Assembly (NCBI GenBank): GCA_937903325.1
Contig: CALCZR010000003.1
Coordinates: forward strand, 3,898-67,897
Reading direction: 5' to 3'
Source: an uncultured Candidatus Saccharibacteria bacterium
GTDB taxonomy: Bacteria > Patescibacteriota > Saccharimonadia > Saccharimonadales > AWTP1-31
DNA length: 64,000 nucleotides
Both the position numbers and the translations under genes were made by a program. Positions 48,256 through 58,300 of this stretch are shown here, one piece after another. The first letter of the stretch is position 1. Each line of letters opens with the position of its first letter. The notes beneath the pieces were generated by a model. That model saw nothing but the letters and a program-made list of their open reading frames with translations. It made no database searches and was not told the origin of the DNA.

Positions 48256-48464
48256 TGACAGAAAAAGGTCTACTAGAAACCATGCATGAAACGATTGAAG
48301 CACTAGCTGGAACAGTAGATAGTTTAACCAAAACAGTTGAATCACTTCAGACTCGGTTGCATGAACATATCACAATCAAGTCACCTTGGAATCTGAAGAT
48401 CGAAGATCAGATTACAGAACTTCAGAATAGACTAGACCGAGCAGAGGACCCGAGTTACCCATGA
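48255..48464 (+). CDS. hypothetical coiled-coil protein (69 aa)
   Basis: ORF; TAATG junction. Confidence 0.55.
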   Translation: MTEKGLLETMHETIEALAGTVDSLTKTVESLQTRLHEHITIKSPWNLKIEDQITELQNRLDRAEDPSYP

Positions 48465-49429
48465 AGAAACTAGGCGTCGTCGTAGGACGATTTCAGACAG
48501 AAATTCTGACCGCCACACACGTCGATTTAATCGATACTTCGCTCAGAGAAAATGATCATACGCTTATTGTGGTTGGAGTTGGACCGTTACCAACAACGGC
48601 TCGTAACCCACTCTCTTTCAACATGAGAGCAGCTATGATCGCTGATCATCTAACAGATACCGGGCATAGCACAGACACGCAAGTTAACATCATTGAACAG
48701 TTAGCGGATCATCCTGACGACAGGATCTGGTCAAATAGCCTAGACACTCTTATTTATGGCGCTGCAATGCAGCTAACCAATGAAGAAGTAGAAGTCACTC
48801 TGTACCACGGGCGGGATTCGTTCCGAGAAGTATATAGTGGGAACTACCCTAACTTTCATGAAATTGATGAGCATCCTCTAGACTCTGCGACCAGACGACG
48901 GGAAAATATTGGCAGGTACGATTGGCCCTATGTTCCTAAACGTTTTCGAGAAGGTGTTATCTGGGCTAACCAGAATCGTTTCCCTACGGTCTACTCTTGT
49001 GTAGATGCGGCTGTAGTATGGAACGAGTACTCAGATAAGATGAGACTGACTAACAAATACCTACTTCTTATCACGAAAGATATTGCAGAAGGTTACATGT
49101 TCCCTGGTGGATTCGCCGAGCTTAACTCAACAGATGAGGATGATGCCCGCCGTGAAGTCATGGAAGAAACCGGCATCGACATGTCTTTCGTTCACGCAGA
49201 ATGGCTCGGATCATTTACACAGGATGATTGGCGTTACCGTTCAGAAGTAGATGAAATTCGTACTCGTCTATTCTTATTTGAACCATATGGCCCACTGAGT
49301 GAACGACCTAAAGCGGTAGGTGCTGACGATGCAGCTACGGCACAGTGGGTTAACATTAAAGATCTGAAAGTTGAAGACTTTAACAAGTGCCACCGGGCAC
49401 TATTTGAAAGGCTATTAGAAGAACTATGA
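48461..49429 (+). CDS. bifunctional NMN adenylyltransferase / Nudix hydrolase (NadM-Nudix / NatV-like)
   Basis: N-terminus VVVGRFQTEILTATHVDLI (nucleotidyltransferase GRFxP.H.GH-like, degenerate). C-terminal Nudix box GGFAELNSTDEDDARREVMEETGI (GX5EX7REUXEEXGU). Confidence 0.75.
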   Translation: MKKLGVVVGRFQTEILTATHVDLIDTSLRENDHTLIVVGVGPLPTTARNPLSFNMRAAMIADHLTDTGHSTDTQVNIIEQLADHPDDRIWSNSLDTLIYGAAMQLTNEEVEVTLYHGRDSFREVYSGNYPNFHEIDEHPLDSATRRRENIGRYDWPYVPKRFREGVIWANQNRFPTVYSCVDAAVVWNEYSDKMRLTNKYLLLITKDIAEGYMFPGGFAELNSTDEDDARREVMEETGIDMSFVHAEWLGSFTQDDWRYRSEVDEIRTRLFLFEPYGPLSERPKAVGADDAATAQWVNIKDLKVEDFNKCHRALFERLLEEL

Positions 49430-50784
49430 ATCAAGAACTAATTGACCAGCTAAATCATAACATTATACTCAGTGTCGATTCATACAAGCTTTCACACTGG
49501 AAAATGCAACAGAAGGACCTTGAGAACATGGTCCTCTACTGGGAGATGCGTAAAGGTGCGAAGTATGAAGAGGCTGTTTTCTTTGGACTACAAGCTATCC
49601 TACTGAAGCATTTCACCGGGTGCCGTGTTGACGCTAACAAGATCCGTGAAGCCAAGCAATTCATTAACCCTCACATGGGACCCGGTGTCTTTAATGAGGA
49701 AGGTTGGACCTATATCTCAGAAAAGCTTGGTGGTCGTCTACCCGTACGTATTCAGGCTGTACCTGAAGGTTCTGTAAACCCGATCAACAGCGTTCTTTTT
49801 CACGTACAAGTTACGGATGAAAATTGTGCATGGCTAGCAGAGCCACTAGAAACAATCTTGTCTCACGTCTGGTACACTTCGACAGTAGCTACACTTTCTC
49901 GTGAAGTGAAGAAAGACTACTCGAAGTACATGAATGAGACGCTCGGTGGAGTTACTGGGATTGATTTCATGCTCCACGATTTCGGTGGGCGTGGCGTTAC
50001 CTGCTTTGAACAGATGGGTATAGGTGGTATGGCCCACCTTGTAAACTTCCAAGGTACCGATACTGTGCCTGGTCTGAAGGCTGCGTACGATTACTACGAT
50101 GCCGACCTGTCTACTCTCGGTTTTTCTGTGCCTGCTTCTGAGCACGCAGTCATGACTTCTCTTGGTGCTGACGGCGAGCTTGCAATCATTGAGCAGATCC
50201 TTGATGAGTTCCCTACAGGAATTGTCAGTGTTGTTGGTGATTCCTATGACATTGTGAACTTTGTTAAGAACATTGTTGGCACTCAGCTTCACGACCGCAT
50301 CATGAGCCGTGATGGCAAATTTGTTGTGCGACCTGATTCACCTACAGAAGAGTGGCCGATGGCTGCTGACCAGATGGTTTGGATCTACCAGACTCTATGG
50401 TATGCGTTCGGTGGTACTGAGTCACCTACTGGCTTTAAGATCCTTGATGACCATGTTGGTGTCCTCTGGGGTGATGGTATCGACCGTGGTGGTGTGCATC
50501 ATATCCTTATGGCGCTGAAGAACGCTGGCTTTGCTACGACGAACGTGTCTGGCATGGGCGGCGGTCTACTTCAGAAAGTAAACCGTGACACTCAGCGTTG
50601 TGTTATCAAGTGCTCCGCTCAGAAGCGGTCAGGTGTCTGGCACGATGTTCACAAGGAAACTTTCGGCAAAGTCTCTAAGGCTGGTCGGTTCCTTGAGCTT
50701 GACTTGCCTGTAGTCTTTGAGAACGGTGAACTTGTCCGCCGTTATACATTTGATGAGGTTCGAGAGAACGCTAAACTGCTATGA
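49426..50784 (+). CDS. nadV: nicotinamide phosphoribosyltransferase (NAMPT/NadV)
   Basis: NIILSVDSYKLSHW N-terminal signature, about 450 aa, ATGA-coupled to the NMNAT gene. Confidence 0.85.
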   Translation: MNQELIDQLNHNIILSVDSYKLSHWKMQQKDLENMVLYWEMRKGAKYEEAVFFGLQAILLKHFTGCRVDANKIREAKQFINPHMGPGVFNEEGWTYISEKLGGRLPVRIQAVPEGSVNPINSVLFHVQVTDENCAWLAEPLETILSHVWYTSTVATLSREVKKDYSKYMNETLGGVTGIDFMLHDFGGRGVTCFEQMGIGGMAHLVNFQGTDTVPGLKAAYDYYDADLSTLGFSVPASEHAVMTSLGADGELAIIEQILDEFPTGIVSVVGDSYDIVNFVKNIVGTQLHDRIMSRDGKFVVRPDSPTEEWPMAADQMVWIYQTLWYAFGGTESPTGFKILDDHVGVLWGDGIDRGGVHHILMALKNAGFATTNVSGMGGGLLQKVNRDTQRCVIKCSAQKRSGVWHDVHKETFGKVSKAGRFLELDLPVVFENGELVRRYTFDEVRENAKLL

Positions 50785-51326
50785 ACTTCTATCTAGACAC
50801 AGAATTTATGGCTGACGCTAACGCTTGTAGCGTCAAGCCACTGTCAATAGCTCTCGTGGCAGAGACTGGCGAGTCACTTTACTTGGTAATCTCTGACGCA
50901 CCCAGAGAGGAGGGCAACGAATTCGTACAAGAATTCGTTGTGCCATTTCTAGATATCTCCCCAACTGGCGAGCGTCTGACTGACCAGGTAATTACAGATG
51001 GAATTTATACCTTTGGGTCGGTACTACGAAAAGATGCTGCTGACGTAATCAAATGGTGGGTCACCGCTCTTTCGGCTCAGCCTCAATTTTGGGCTTGGTA
51101 TGCATCATATGATTGGGTATGTTTCTGTGATTTGCTCGGTGGCTTTTTGAATGTACCGGTCAATTGGCCGCAGTATATTCACGATCTTCGTCTCTTCAGC
51201 ACAAGGATGCTAGAATATAAGGGAGATCTTACTGTCCCTGAGCATCATTGTCTAAGAGATGCTTATCAACTGCAACAAACGGCACTTTATATTAAAATAA
51301 AGAGGAAAAATGAAAGATATGTCTAA
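50781..51326 (+). CDS. DEDDh 3'-5' exonuclease (Rv2179c-like exoribonuclease fold)
   Basis: FYLDTEF (DxE), WAWYASYDWVCF (second acidic motif), PEHHCLRDA (Hx4D). Confidence 0.65.
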   Translation: MNFYLDTEFMADANACSVKPLSIALVAETGESLYLVISDAPREEGNEFVQEFVVPFLDISPTGERLTDQVITDGIYTFGSVLRKDAADVIKWWVTALSAQPQFWAWYASYDWVCFCDLLGGFLNVPVNWPQYIHDLRLFSTRMLEYKGDLTVPEHHCLRDAYQLQQTALYIKIKRKNERYV

Positions 51327-51342
51327 AATTTAAAGGATGACT

Positions 51343-51486
51343 ATGAGTAAAGTATTTCAATTGCATTTAGATATCGATGCGACCCTGGCTGTTGAAGAGA
51401 TTTGGCCTGACGGTGAGCTAGAGGAAAAGAAGCAAAGAGTTCTAGATCTAGCTGAAGAACTAGGCATCGAGATTGATTTCCTATGA
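51343..51486 (+). CDS. hypothetical small acidic protein (47 aa, below track cutoff)
   Basis: AAGGATGACT-ATG 51343; stop forms ATGA with the ligase start. Confidence 0.45.
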   Translation: MSKVFQLHLDIDATLAVEEIWPDGELEEKKQRVLDLAEELGIEIDFL

Positions 51487-52607
51487 CAGAATTTCTACCG
51501 ATCCTTTACAAGAAAACCTCCACCGGCGCTACGCAGGTATGGCAGCGTGAAATCGATGGTGATAGATACCGTTCAATCTCTGGTCAGATCGATGGAGTAA
51601 AGCACCCCTCTGGTTGGACAACGGCCACACCTAAGAATGAAGGCAAAGCGAACGCTACCACAGCTGAAGAACAGGCCCGTCTAGAGTGTGAGTCGGCTTA
51701 CAAGATTAAGCTAGCCCAAGGTGGATACCACGAGTCGGTTGATGATATCGATACCACCAAGTTCTTTAAGCCTATGCTTGCGAAAGCTTATGACGAGCGA
51801 CCAATCAAGGACGATGAGTGGGGCGAGATCTATAGCCAACCTAAGCTCGACGGTGTGCGTTGCATCGCTACCTCAGAGGGATTGTTCTCTCGTCAAGGTA
51901 AGCCAATTGATTCGTGCCCTCATATTATTGAGGCTCTTGAAGATTACTTTCATATTCGCCCCGACTCTATTCTTGATGGAGAACTTTATGCTGACCATCT
52001 CAGCGATAACTTCAACGAGATTATTTCACTGGTGCGTAAACAAAAGCCAACAGCAGATCATTTCGCTAAGACAGCAAAAGCCATCAAATACCATGTATAC
52101 GATATCCCCTCCGAAGAATTTGGGTTTCGTGGCCGCTACATGCGTCTCATCGGTACCGAAGGTCTTTGGCCTGTAGATGGACCAGTTGTTCTAGTTGAAA
52201 CAACCGGTGTCGAAAATAGCGATCATCTGGATGCTTTGAACGCTGAGTATATCGAAGATGGTTACGAAGGTCAGATGGTTCGACGTGACGGTCCCTATAA
52301 AAACGGACGTAGCTTTGACCTCCTGAAGCGCAAAGAGTTCCTCGACCAAGAGTTCACTGTAATCTCAGTAGACGAAGGCATTGGTAACCGTGCTGGTATG
52401 GCTGGGTTTATCACCTATGAGCTTGGTGATGGTCGCACTTTCAAGTCAGGTATCAAAGGTAACTGGCAGTATGCTACTCAGCTTCTTAAGGACGCTGATA
52501 TTTATGTCGGTGGACAGGGCACAGTGCGGTACTTTCAGTTGACCCCTGAAGGCAAGCCACGCTTTCCTGTAACAGTAGCCTTGTATGAAGGTAAAAGGGA
52601 CATCTAA
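51483..52607 (+). CDS. ATP-dependent DNA ligase
   Basis: SQPKLDGVRC (motif I KxDG), YHVYDI (III), EGQMVRR (IV), DLLKRKEF (V); C-terminal OB-like region. Confidence 0.85.
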   Translation: MTEFLPILYKKTSTGATQVWQREIDGDRYRSISGQIDGVKHPSGWTTATPKNEGKANATTAEEQARLECESAYKIKLAQGGYHESVDDIDTTKFFKPMLAKAYDERPIKDDEWGEIYSQPKLDGVRCIATSEGLFSRQGKPIDSCPHIIEALEDYFHIRPDSILDGELYADHLSDNFNEIISLVRKQKPTADHFAKTAKAIKYHVYDIPSEEFGFRGRYMRLIGTEGLWPVDGPVVLVETTGVENSDHLDALNAEYIEDGYEGQMVRRDGPYKNGRSFDLLKRKEFLDQEFTVISVDEGIGNRAGMAGFITYELGDGRTFKSGIKGNWQYATQLLKDADIYVGGQGTVRYFQLTPEGKPRFPVTVALYEGKRDI

Positions 52608-52867
52608 TGAAAAGTACTCATTTAAGTTTAGATATCACACACGTAATAGGTGATGGGCCGTCGTTAATTGGGAAAAGTGGTCCCTATACTCTCTTCGGAA
52701 CAACAACTGGAGACGTTGTTGCCATACAAAACAAATTCACTAAGGACCTACTCTGGGACCTAGAGGTCAGAGTACCCGTCCCAATCACGGGCCTGAGATC
52801 CCCACTTGGCAAAGAGATCGAAGAATTCCATGTCTTTGGTGGTCGTCCTGGGCGATGCTATAGCTAG
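52607..52867 (+). CDS. hypothetical protein (86 aa)
   Basis: TAATG junction; last gene of the + strand block. Confidence 0.55.
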   Translation: MKSTHLSLDITHVIGDGPSLIGKSGPYTLFGTTTGDVVAIQNKFTKDLLWDLEVRVPVPITGLRSPLGKEIEEFHVFGGRPGRCYS

Positions 52868-52886
52868 ATAAGATCTAAGTAAATTG

Positions 52887-52911
52887 GGAGGGCTTCGGCC
52901 CTCCTTTTTTT
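52887..52911 (+). terminator. rho-independent terminator
   Basis: GGAGGGC-TTCG-GCCCTCC (52887-52904) followed by TTTTTTT (52905-52911), 20 nt after the stop at 52867. Confidence 0.85.
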
Positions 52912-53090
52912 GTCTCCTCAAAAATAAGAAAACTCACAGGTCCGCCCCAGCGCAGACGCTGTAACTACGCCCGTAGTTTCTGTCCGTCCGTACGCCCGCT
53001 GTCGGCCCGTCTCCCGGCCTCGGGGTCGCATCCGCTATCCGTACACCTGAAGAACCAGAAAGCCGCTTAAACGAGCTTAAAAGGGCATAG
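52912..53090. other. C-rich, GC-rich non-coding spacer between convergent terminators
   Basis: No ORF on either strand. Hand count of 52941-53040: C 43, G 26, T 21, A 10 (69 % GC). Direct repeats TACGCCCG (52966, 52991) and TCCGTAC (52987, 53038). Confidence 0.6.
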
Positions 53091-53121
53091 AAAAGCCCCG
53101 TGGTCTAGATGACCACGGGGC
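53091..53121 (-). terminator. rho-independent terminator of the minus-strand block
   Basis: 11-bp stem GCCCCGTGGTC / GACCACGGGGC (53095-53105 / 53111-53121), 5-nt loop, TTTT on the minus strand (53091-53094), 10 nt after the stop at 53131. Confidence 0.75.
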
Positions 53122-53130
53122 TACATTGCG

Positions 53131-53718
53131 TTATGGAGTGGGTAAGAGATGTTTCCAAGTCTTCCCAGACGTCACTTTCCATATAGTGGTATGAAAAATT
53201 CCATATTCTAGAGCTAGATCCCTAGTAGAGTATTTACCACTACTATATTTTTCTCGGATATCCATAACATCTTGTTCTGTAAGAACAGCGGAAAGAGATT
53301 TGACTCCTATAAGAGCAGTATTATCTCTATATTTATCTTCTTTATTCTGGGCCGAAGTTTTCCAACTTAAGTGTTTAGGATTAAAACATGCTCTATTATG
53401 ACAAGGCCCATGGGCCGCCTCGTATTCTGGAGTGGGAGGATCTCCATGAATTAATTGACAAACCAATCTAGATACGCAAGTATCTTTACCATCCCATTTC
53501 ATACGTCCATATCCACCCACGTCTGTACGATGAGACCATATCATACAGTTTTCAGTATCTTCCTTAAGATATTCTAGAAGTAACTCTGCCTGAGTTACCC
53601 CGAGATCGTCAGGACGGAGGTCCCCAGTGGTGCGCCATCGTTCATAATGCATAGAGCACCACCCTCTGGATTTGACAGGTGAGTCACACTTATCTACAGA
53701 ACAATTTCCTTTATTCAT
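53131..53718 (-). CDS. HNH homing endonuclease (HNH_3-type with C-terminal HTH-like region)
   Basis: CDSPVKSRGWCSMHYERW; GGYGRMKWDGK...LIHGDPP...AAHGPCHNRACFNPKHLSWKTSAQN. ATG 53718 shares one nt with the upstream TGA (TGATG). AT-rich. Confidence 0.8.
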   Translation of the reverse strand: MNKGNCSVDKCDSPVKSRGWCSMHYERWRTTGDLRPDDLGVTQAELLLEYLKEDTENCMIWSHRTDVGGYGRMKWDGKDTCVSRLVCQLIHGDPPTPEYEAAHGPCHNRACFNPKHLSWKTSAQNKEDKYRDNTALIGVKSLSAVLTEQDVMDIREKYSSGKYSTRDLALEYGIFHTTIWKVTSGKTWKHLLPTP

Positions 53719-54185
53719 CAATACCAACCTTTCTGCATTTTCCATTTCTTGGCAGCACAAGGTGTGCCATAGCGGTCGGAGACATAATCCAAGACCCAGT
53801 GGATTTGTGTAGCGGGGTTAGTCAGCCAATCAGCGCCATGGGTTGCCATCTTGGACCCAGGCAAAGCCTGTCCAATCCCGTAAGCGCTACCTCCAGCAGC
53901 ATTCTTTACGTTATACCATGCGGATTCTCGCATTAGGACATAATCTAGACAGGCAAAATCTTCACTCGTATAACCCTCGGCCTTAGCCAGCTGCCATCCA
54001 AGATTACAATTTTCTACATTTTTATTTCCGTTACAAATCTCTGTCGTGCTACTGATGTGTCCAATAACAGCTTGCTGTTGATCTGGTCGTAGCGAATTCC
54101 AAATGTTTTGTTGCTCGGGACTGCAAGCAGTCAGGCCAATAAATGCTAGAATACTGATTAAGATAATACTTACTTTACGTTTCAC
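53718..54185 (-). CDS. secreted lipoprotein with SLT/IsaA-like lytic transglycosylase domain
   Basis: MKRKVSIILISILAFIGLTAC (lipobox LTA|C); LMRESAWYNVKNAAGGSAYGIGQALPG fits the catalytic-Glu plus GxxQ pattern of soluble lytic transglycosylase-like domains. Confidence 0.65.
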   Translation of the reverse strand: MKRKVSIILISILAFIGLTACSPEQQNIWNSLRPDQQQAVIGHISSTTEICNGNKNVENCNLGWQLAKAEGYTSEDFACLDYVLMRESAWYNVKNAAGGSAYGIGQALPGSKMATHGADWLTNPATQIHWVLDYVSDRYGTPCAAKKWKMQKGWY

Positions 54186-54295
54186 AAGTTTCCTTTGTTC
54201 GTGGAATATGACAGAACCCCCGGCGAACCGAGGGTTCTAGGATCGGACTCGCACCGATTCCTTAGTAATATACTACGCCATGTGACGGCTATGTG

Positions 54296-55300
54296 TCAAG
54301 TAGATGAAGAAATATCCTTGATGATCGCCTCAGCGTAGCCATTCATCATGGCTACGTCGATACGGAACCGATCGCAGACACCCGCACGACCCTGAGCCAG
54401 AGACTCGCCCGTAGTAGCGTCAGCAAACCAGGAACCAGACTGTTTGATCAGACCTCGTTCAAGACTCTGATCTAGAATGAAAGCCTCGTTGCTAATACCG
54501 TATTCGTAGTGAATCTCAAACTCGCCAGTCTTGAAAGGCGGGGCAAACTTGTTCTTCAGGATCTTGAACTTGACTTCCTGGCCATAGATGTCATCGCCAC
54601 GAGTCAAGTTACCTTTACGGTTGACTTCAATTCTCGTACTGGCATAATAGGCGAGAGCTTCGCCACCAGTAGGAATGTTAGGGTTCTGATTACCCATCGT
54701 CTGCATACGCTTACGATACTGATTGACGAACGCAATAATTACTTGCGAATCTACCTCGATCATCTTGTTGTTCAGTTTACGCAGACCCTGACTCATCAGT
54801 TTAGCCTGGACACCCATGATACTATCACCGAAATCACCGTTGATCTCAGCAAGCGGAGTCATAGCCGCAACCGAGTCAAGAACAATACAACTGACATCAT
54901 CTGCTTCTAGACAGTTTTCAATCAGTTCTAGAGTCTTCTCAGAAGAACCAGGCTGAGCAATGAACAGACGGTCTGTATCGATCCCGGCACGCTCAAACTT
55001 GCCACGATCAACCGAGTTCTCTAGATCGATATAGACACACTCGCCTTCCTTCTGAGCTTGTGCTGTCAGATAAGTTGCGATAGCGCTCTTACCGCCACCA
55101 GCAGGACCGATAAACTCTGCAATAGTTCCTTTAGGAATACCACCACCAAGTTCGATATCAAGAGCCATAACTCCTGTCGGGATACGATCAACATCTTCTG
55201 GCATCTCATTCATAGTTTTCATGGTGCCAGCATGTTGCTTGTTGATTTCTTCTTGAATACTACTTAGACTTGTTTTTGTTTTTGCCTTGGCCTTCGCCAT
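54296..55300 (-). CDS. recA: RecA recombinase
   Basis: ALDIELGGGIPKGTIAEFIGPAGGGKSAIA (Walker A), CIVLDSVAAM (Walker B), QAKLMSQGLRKL, FVNQYRKRM: collinear with RecA. Confidence 0.85.
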   Translation of the reverse strand: MAKAKAKTKTSLSSIQEEINKQHAGTMKTMNEMPEDVDRIPTGVMALDIELGGGIPKGTIAEFIGPAGGGKSAIATYLTAQAQKEGECVYIDLENSVDRGKFERAGIDTDRLFIAQPGSSEKTLELIENCLEADDVSCIVLDSVAAMTPLAEINGDFGDSIMGVQAKLMSQGLRKLNNKMIEVDSQVIIAFVNQYRKRMQTMGNQNPNIPTGGEALAYYASTRIEVNRKGNLTRGDDIYGQEVKFKILKNKFAPPFKTGEFEIHYEYGISNEAFILDQSLERGLIKQSGSWFADATTGESLAQGRAGVCDRFRIDVAMMNGYAEAIIKDISSST

Positions 55301-55397
55301 AATCTTCTTCCTGTTCTCTGTGATATTCGGCTGTCATCTGTTGACGTCGCTTCTTCGCTGCCTTACGTTGACCGGACCATTTGTTATCTCCCAAGGG

Positions 55398-58300
55398 TCA
55401 TCCCTCCCCTCGGAACTCTACAAATAATGCTTTCAATTCATCCTTCAATTTCTGACTTCCGTTCACTAGATACTGGTTTTCCAGCTTGATCTTAGTAGAC
55501 CTGCTTATATATATATCGGCTGGAATGGTCCCATGGTTCTGTAGCAGCACGCCTTTCAATTTGCTCATATATACTGGCTTCGTATGGAAACCTTTCGGTA
55601 CAAAAATACCGAACTGATCCAGCGTTGCTGTAGCAATTTTGCTTTCGACAGGCTCAGCATATGTCAGTACATAGTTAGGTTGTTCACGGAAATCATCGTA
55701 GCCCTTACGGATCGTAACCCTGACCACGGCACCAGGCTGGAGCACGCTACCATAATCTTCGAAGGACTTAGGGAACGCCACGAGTTCTAGCGCACCAGTC
55801 TGATCTTCAATCAGGACATTAGCCATTGCTTTCTGTGCTTTAGTATATTTTACCACGACATCAGTGACAATAGCAAGCATCTTGACACTAGCTTTTTCCT
55901 CGGCTTCGCTAGCATCCATGATTGATCTACCAGTAGCATGTTCCGTATAATCTTCTAGCGGATGTCCTGAAGCATAGATGCCAAGAACTTCTTTCTCTTT
56001 CGAGAGGAGTTCATGCCAAGAGTATTCTGTCTCAGGAATATGGAAGTTAACGATTTCAGCTGTCTCGAAAAGACTACCCTGGTCAATTTTCTTCGCATCT
56101 TTACGAGTGACTTTAAGAACTTCGTCTACGACGCTTGCAATACCCTGTCGTGTCCCCCAGCCATCTAGTGCACCTGAATAGGCGAGAGATCGTAGCGCTG
56201 GGGCTTTAGGATTTACTCTGATAGCAAGATCGTAAAGGTCCTTGAAAGGTTCCTGCTCACGAATCTCGATCAGTTTCAGAGCAGAATCTTCGCCCATGTT
56301 TTTCAATGTACCCAGGCCGATTCTGATACCATCTTCCTCCACAGTATAATGTAGAGTAGACTTGTTGACATCAGGGGGATAGACCTTTAATCCCATACGA
56401 CGAGCCTCACCAAGATAACGTGCAGTCTTGTCGAGATCATCCATGACATAAGAGCAAAGGACTGACATGTACTCTCGTGGATAGTGAGTTTTAAGGTATG
56501 CTGTCCAATACGTAATAAAAGCATAGCTGACTGAATGTGATAAATTGAAGCCGTAAAGCGAGAAGCCGTCAATAGTATCAAAGAGATCTTTACCAAACTC
56601 TTCTGAGTGTCCTTGACTGACACAACCAGCAATAAACTTACCAGCTTCAGCCTTCATCTCATCGGGCAGTTTCTTACCGATGATCTTACGAAGATTGTCA
56701 GCTTCTGTCAGGCTGTACCCAGCAAAGACCGTGGCGATCTCCATGATTTCTTCCTGGTAGATCATCAGGCCATAGGTGTCCTTGAGGATCTCAGCAGCAT
56801 CAGGATGGAAAACCGTTACAGCTTCACGTCCATTCTTACGGTCAGCGTACATGTTATGCCAGTTAGAAGCCATAGGTCCTGGTCGGAAGAGAGCAAGTAC
56901 CGCAGAGATATCCCTGATATTGTCAGGAGCAAGTCTCTTTAGAAGCTGACGCATACCGCCAGACTCAATCTGAAAACAGCCAAGGCTATTGCCAGTTCTG
57001 AGCATGGAATAAGTTTCAGGATCGTCCATGGGTAGATCATCAATACTGAACCCGTTGCCTATCAGCTTCTGAGTATCACTCAGGATATCAAGGTTTTTCA
57101 AACCAAGATAATCCATCTTGACTAGACCCATATCCTCGATCGTTTTCTTGCCCCACTGCGTAGCTCGTACACCATCAGAGTTTTTCCATGTAGGAACAAG
57201 CTCATCAAGTGGACGGTCACCAATTACCACAGCAGCAGCATGAATACCGAGAGACTTAATCTGACCTTCGATACCTAGTGCTGCATCAATGATCTTTTTT
57301 ACATCAGGATCACGATCATATTCTTCACGCAACCCTTGGGCAGCTTTAAAACCATTCTCATACTTCGGGTTCAATTCCAGACAGGCACTTAGTGGTGTAT
57401 CTACGCCTGAAGCCAGAGGAGGCATCAACTTAGTGATCTTATTACCTACTGCCGGTTCGTACCCAAGAACTCTCGCAGTATCTTTAACTGCTGTTCTTGC
57501 TTTCATGGTACCGAACGTAATGATCTGGGCTACATGGTCTGTACCATACTTCTGGATCGTATAGTTGATCATCTTCTCACGGTAACGCTGCTCAATATCA
57601 AGATCGACATCGGGCAGAGCAATACGAGAAGGGTTCAAGAAACGTTCGAAGATCAGACCATACTCTAGAGGGTCAACTTTAGTGATACCGAGAACATAAC
57701 TGACAAGAGAGCCAGCAGCAGAACCACGACCAGGAGGAGTAAAGATGCCTTCGTTGCGGGCAAACTTCAGCAAGTCCCACAGGATAAGCATGTAGCTAGA
57801 TACGCCCATTGACTGGAATACGCTCAGTTCGTATGCTGCACGCTCATAGACTTCATCGTTAGCATTCGGGTAGAACTTGTCGATTCCCTTCTTAGTTAGA
57901 TGGGTAAGGTAGTCCATATCATCTGAAAAGCCCCAAGGAATAGGAAACTTGGGGAGATGTAGTGACTTGAAATCAATCTGGACATTGCAACGCTCTGCAA
58001 TAACTAGAGTATTATCACAAGCCTCAGGAAGATCTTTGAATAGATCATACATTTGATCAGGAGACTTGAGGTAATATTCATCGTTATGGAAATGAAAACG
58101 CTTTTCATCAGATAGTTTAGAGCCTGTCTGGCAGCAGAGCATTATAGAATGGGCGTGACTCTCTTCTTGATGGGTATAATGCGTATCCTGCGTAGCATAT
58201 ACCTGAGCACCAATGCGCTTAGCAATTTCAATAAGCATCGGGTTAGTCTTCAACTGTTCAGGCAGAAAGTGATTCATGAGTTCGATGTAGAAGTTATCTT

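Noticed and set aside
49846-50292. Minus-strand 148-aa ORF inside the NAMPT gene
   Set aside because: It is antisense to a confidently identified enzyme gene, so it is a shadow ORF.
51721-52176. + strand alternative-frame ORF (151 aa) within the DNA ligase gene
   Set aside because: The ligase frame carries motifs I, III, IV and V. The alternative frame is Ser/Leu-rich with no start context.
52912-53090. Interpreting the C-rich spacer as attP of a temperate phage
   Set aside because: No integrase, excisionase or repressor/Cro-type switch is seen in these 64 kb, so integration is unsupported here. It remains one of several possibilities to test.
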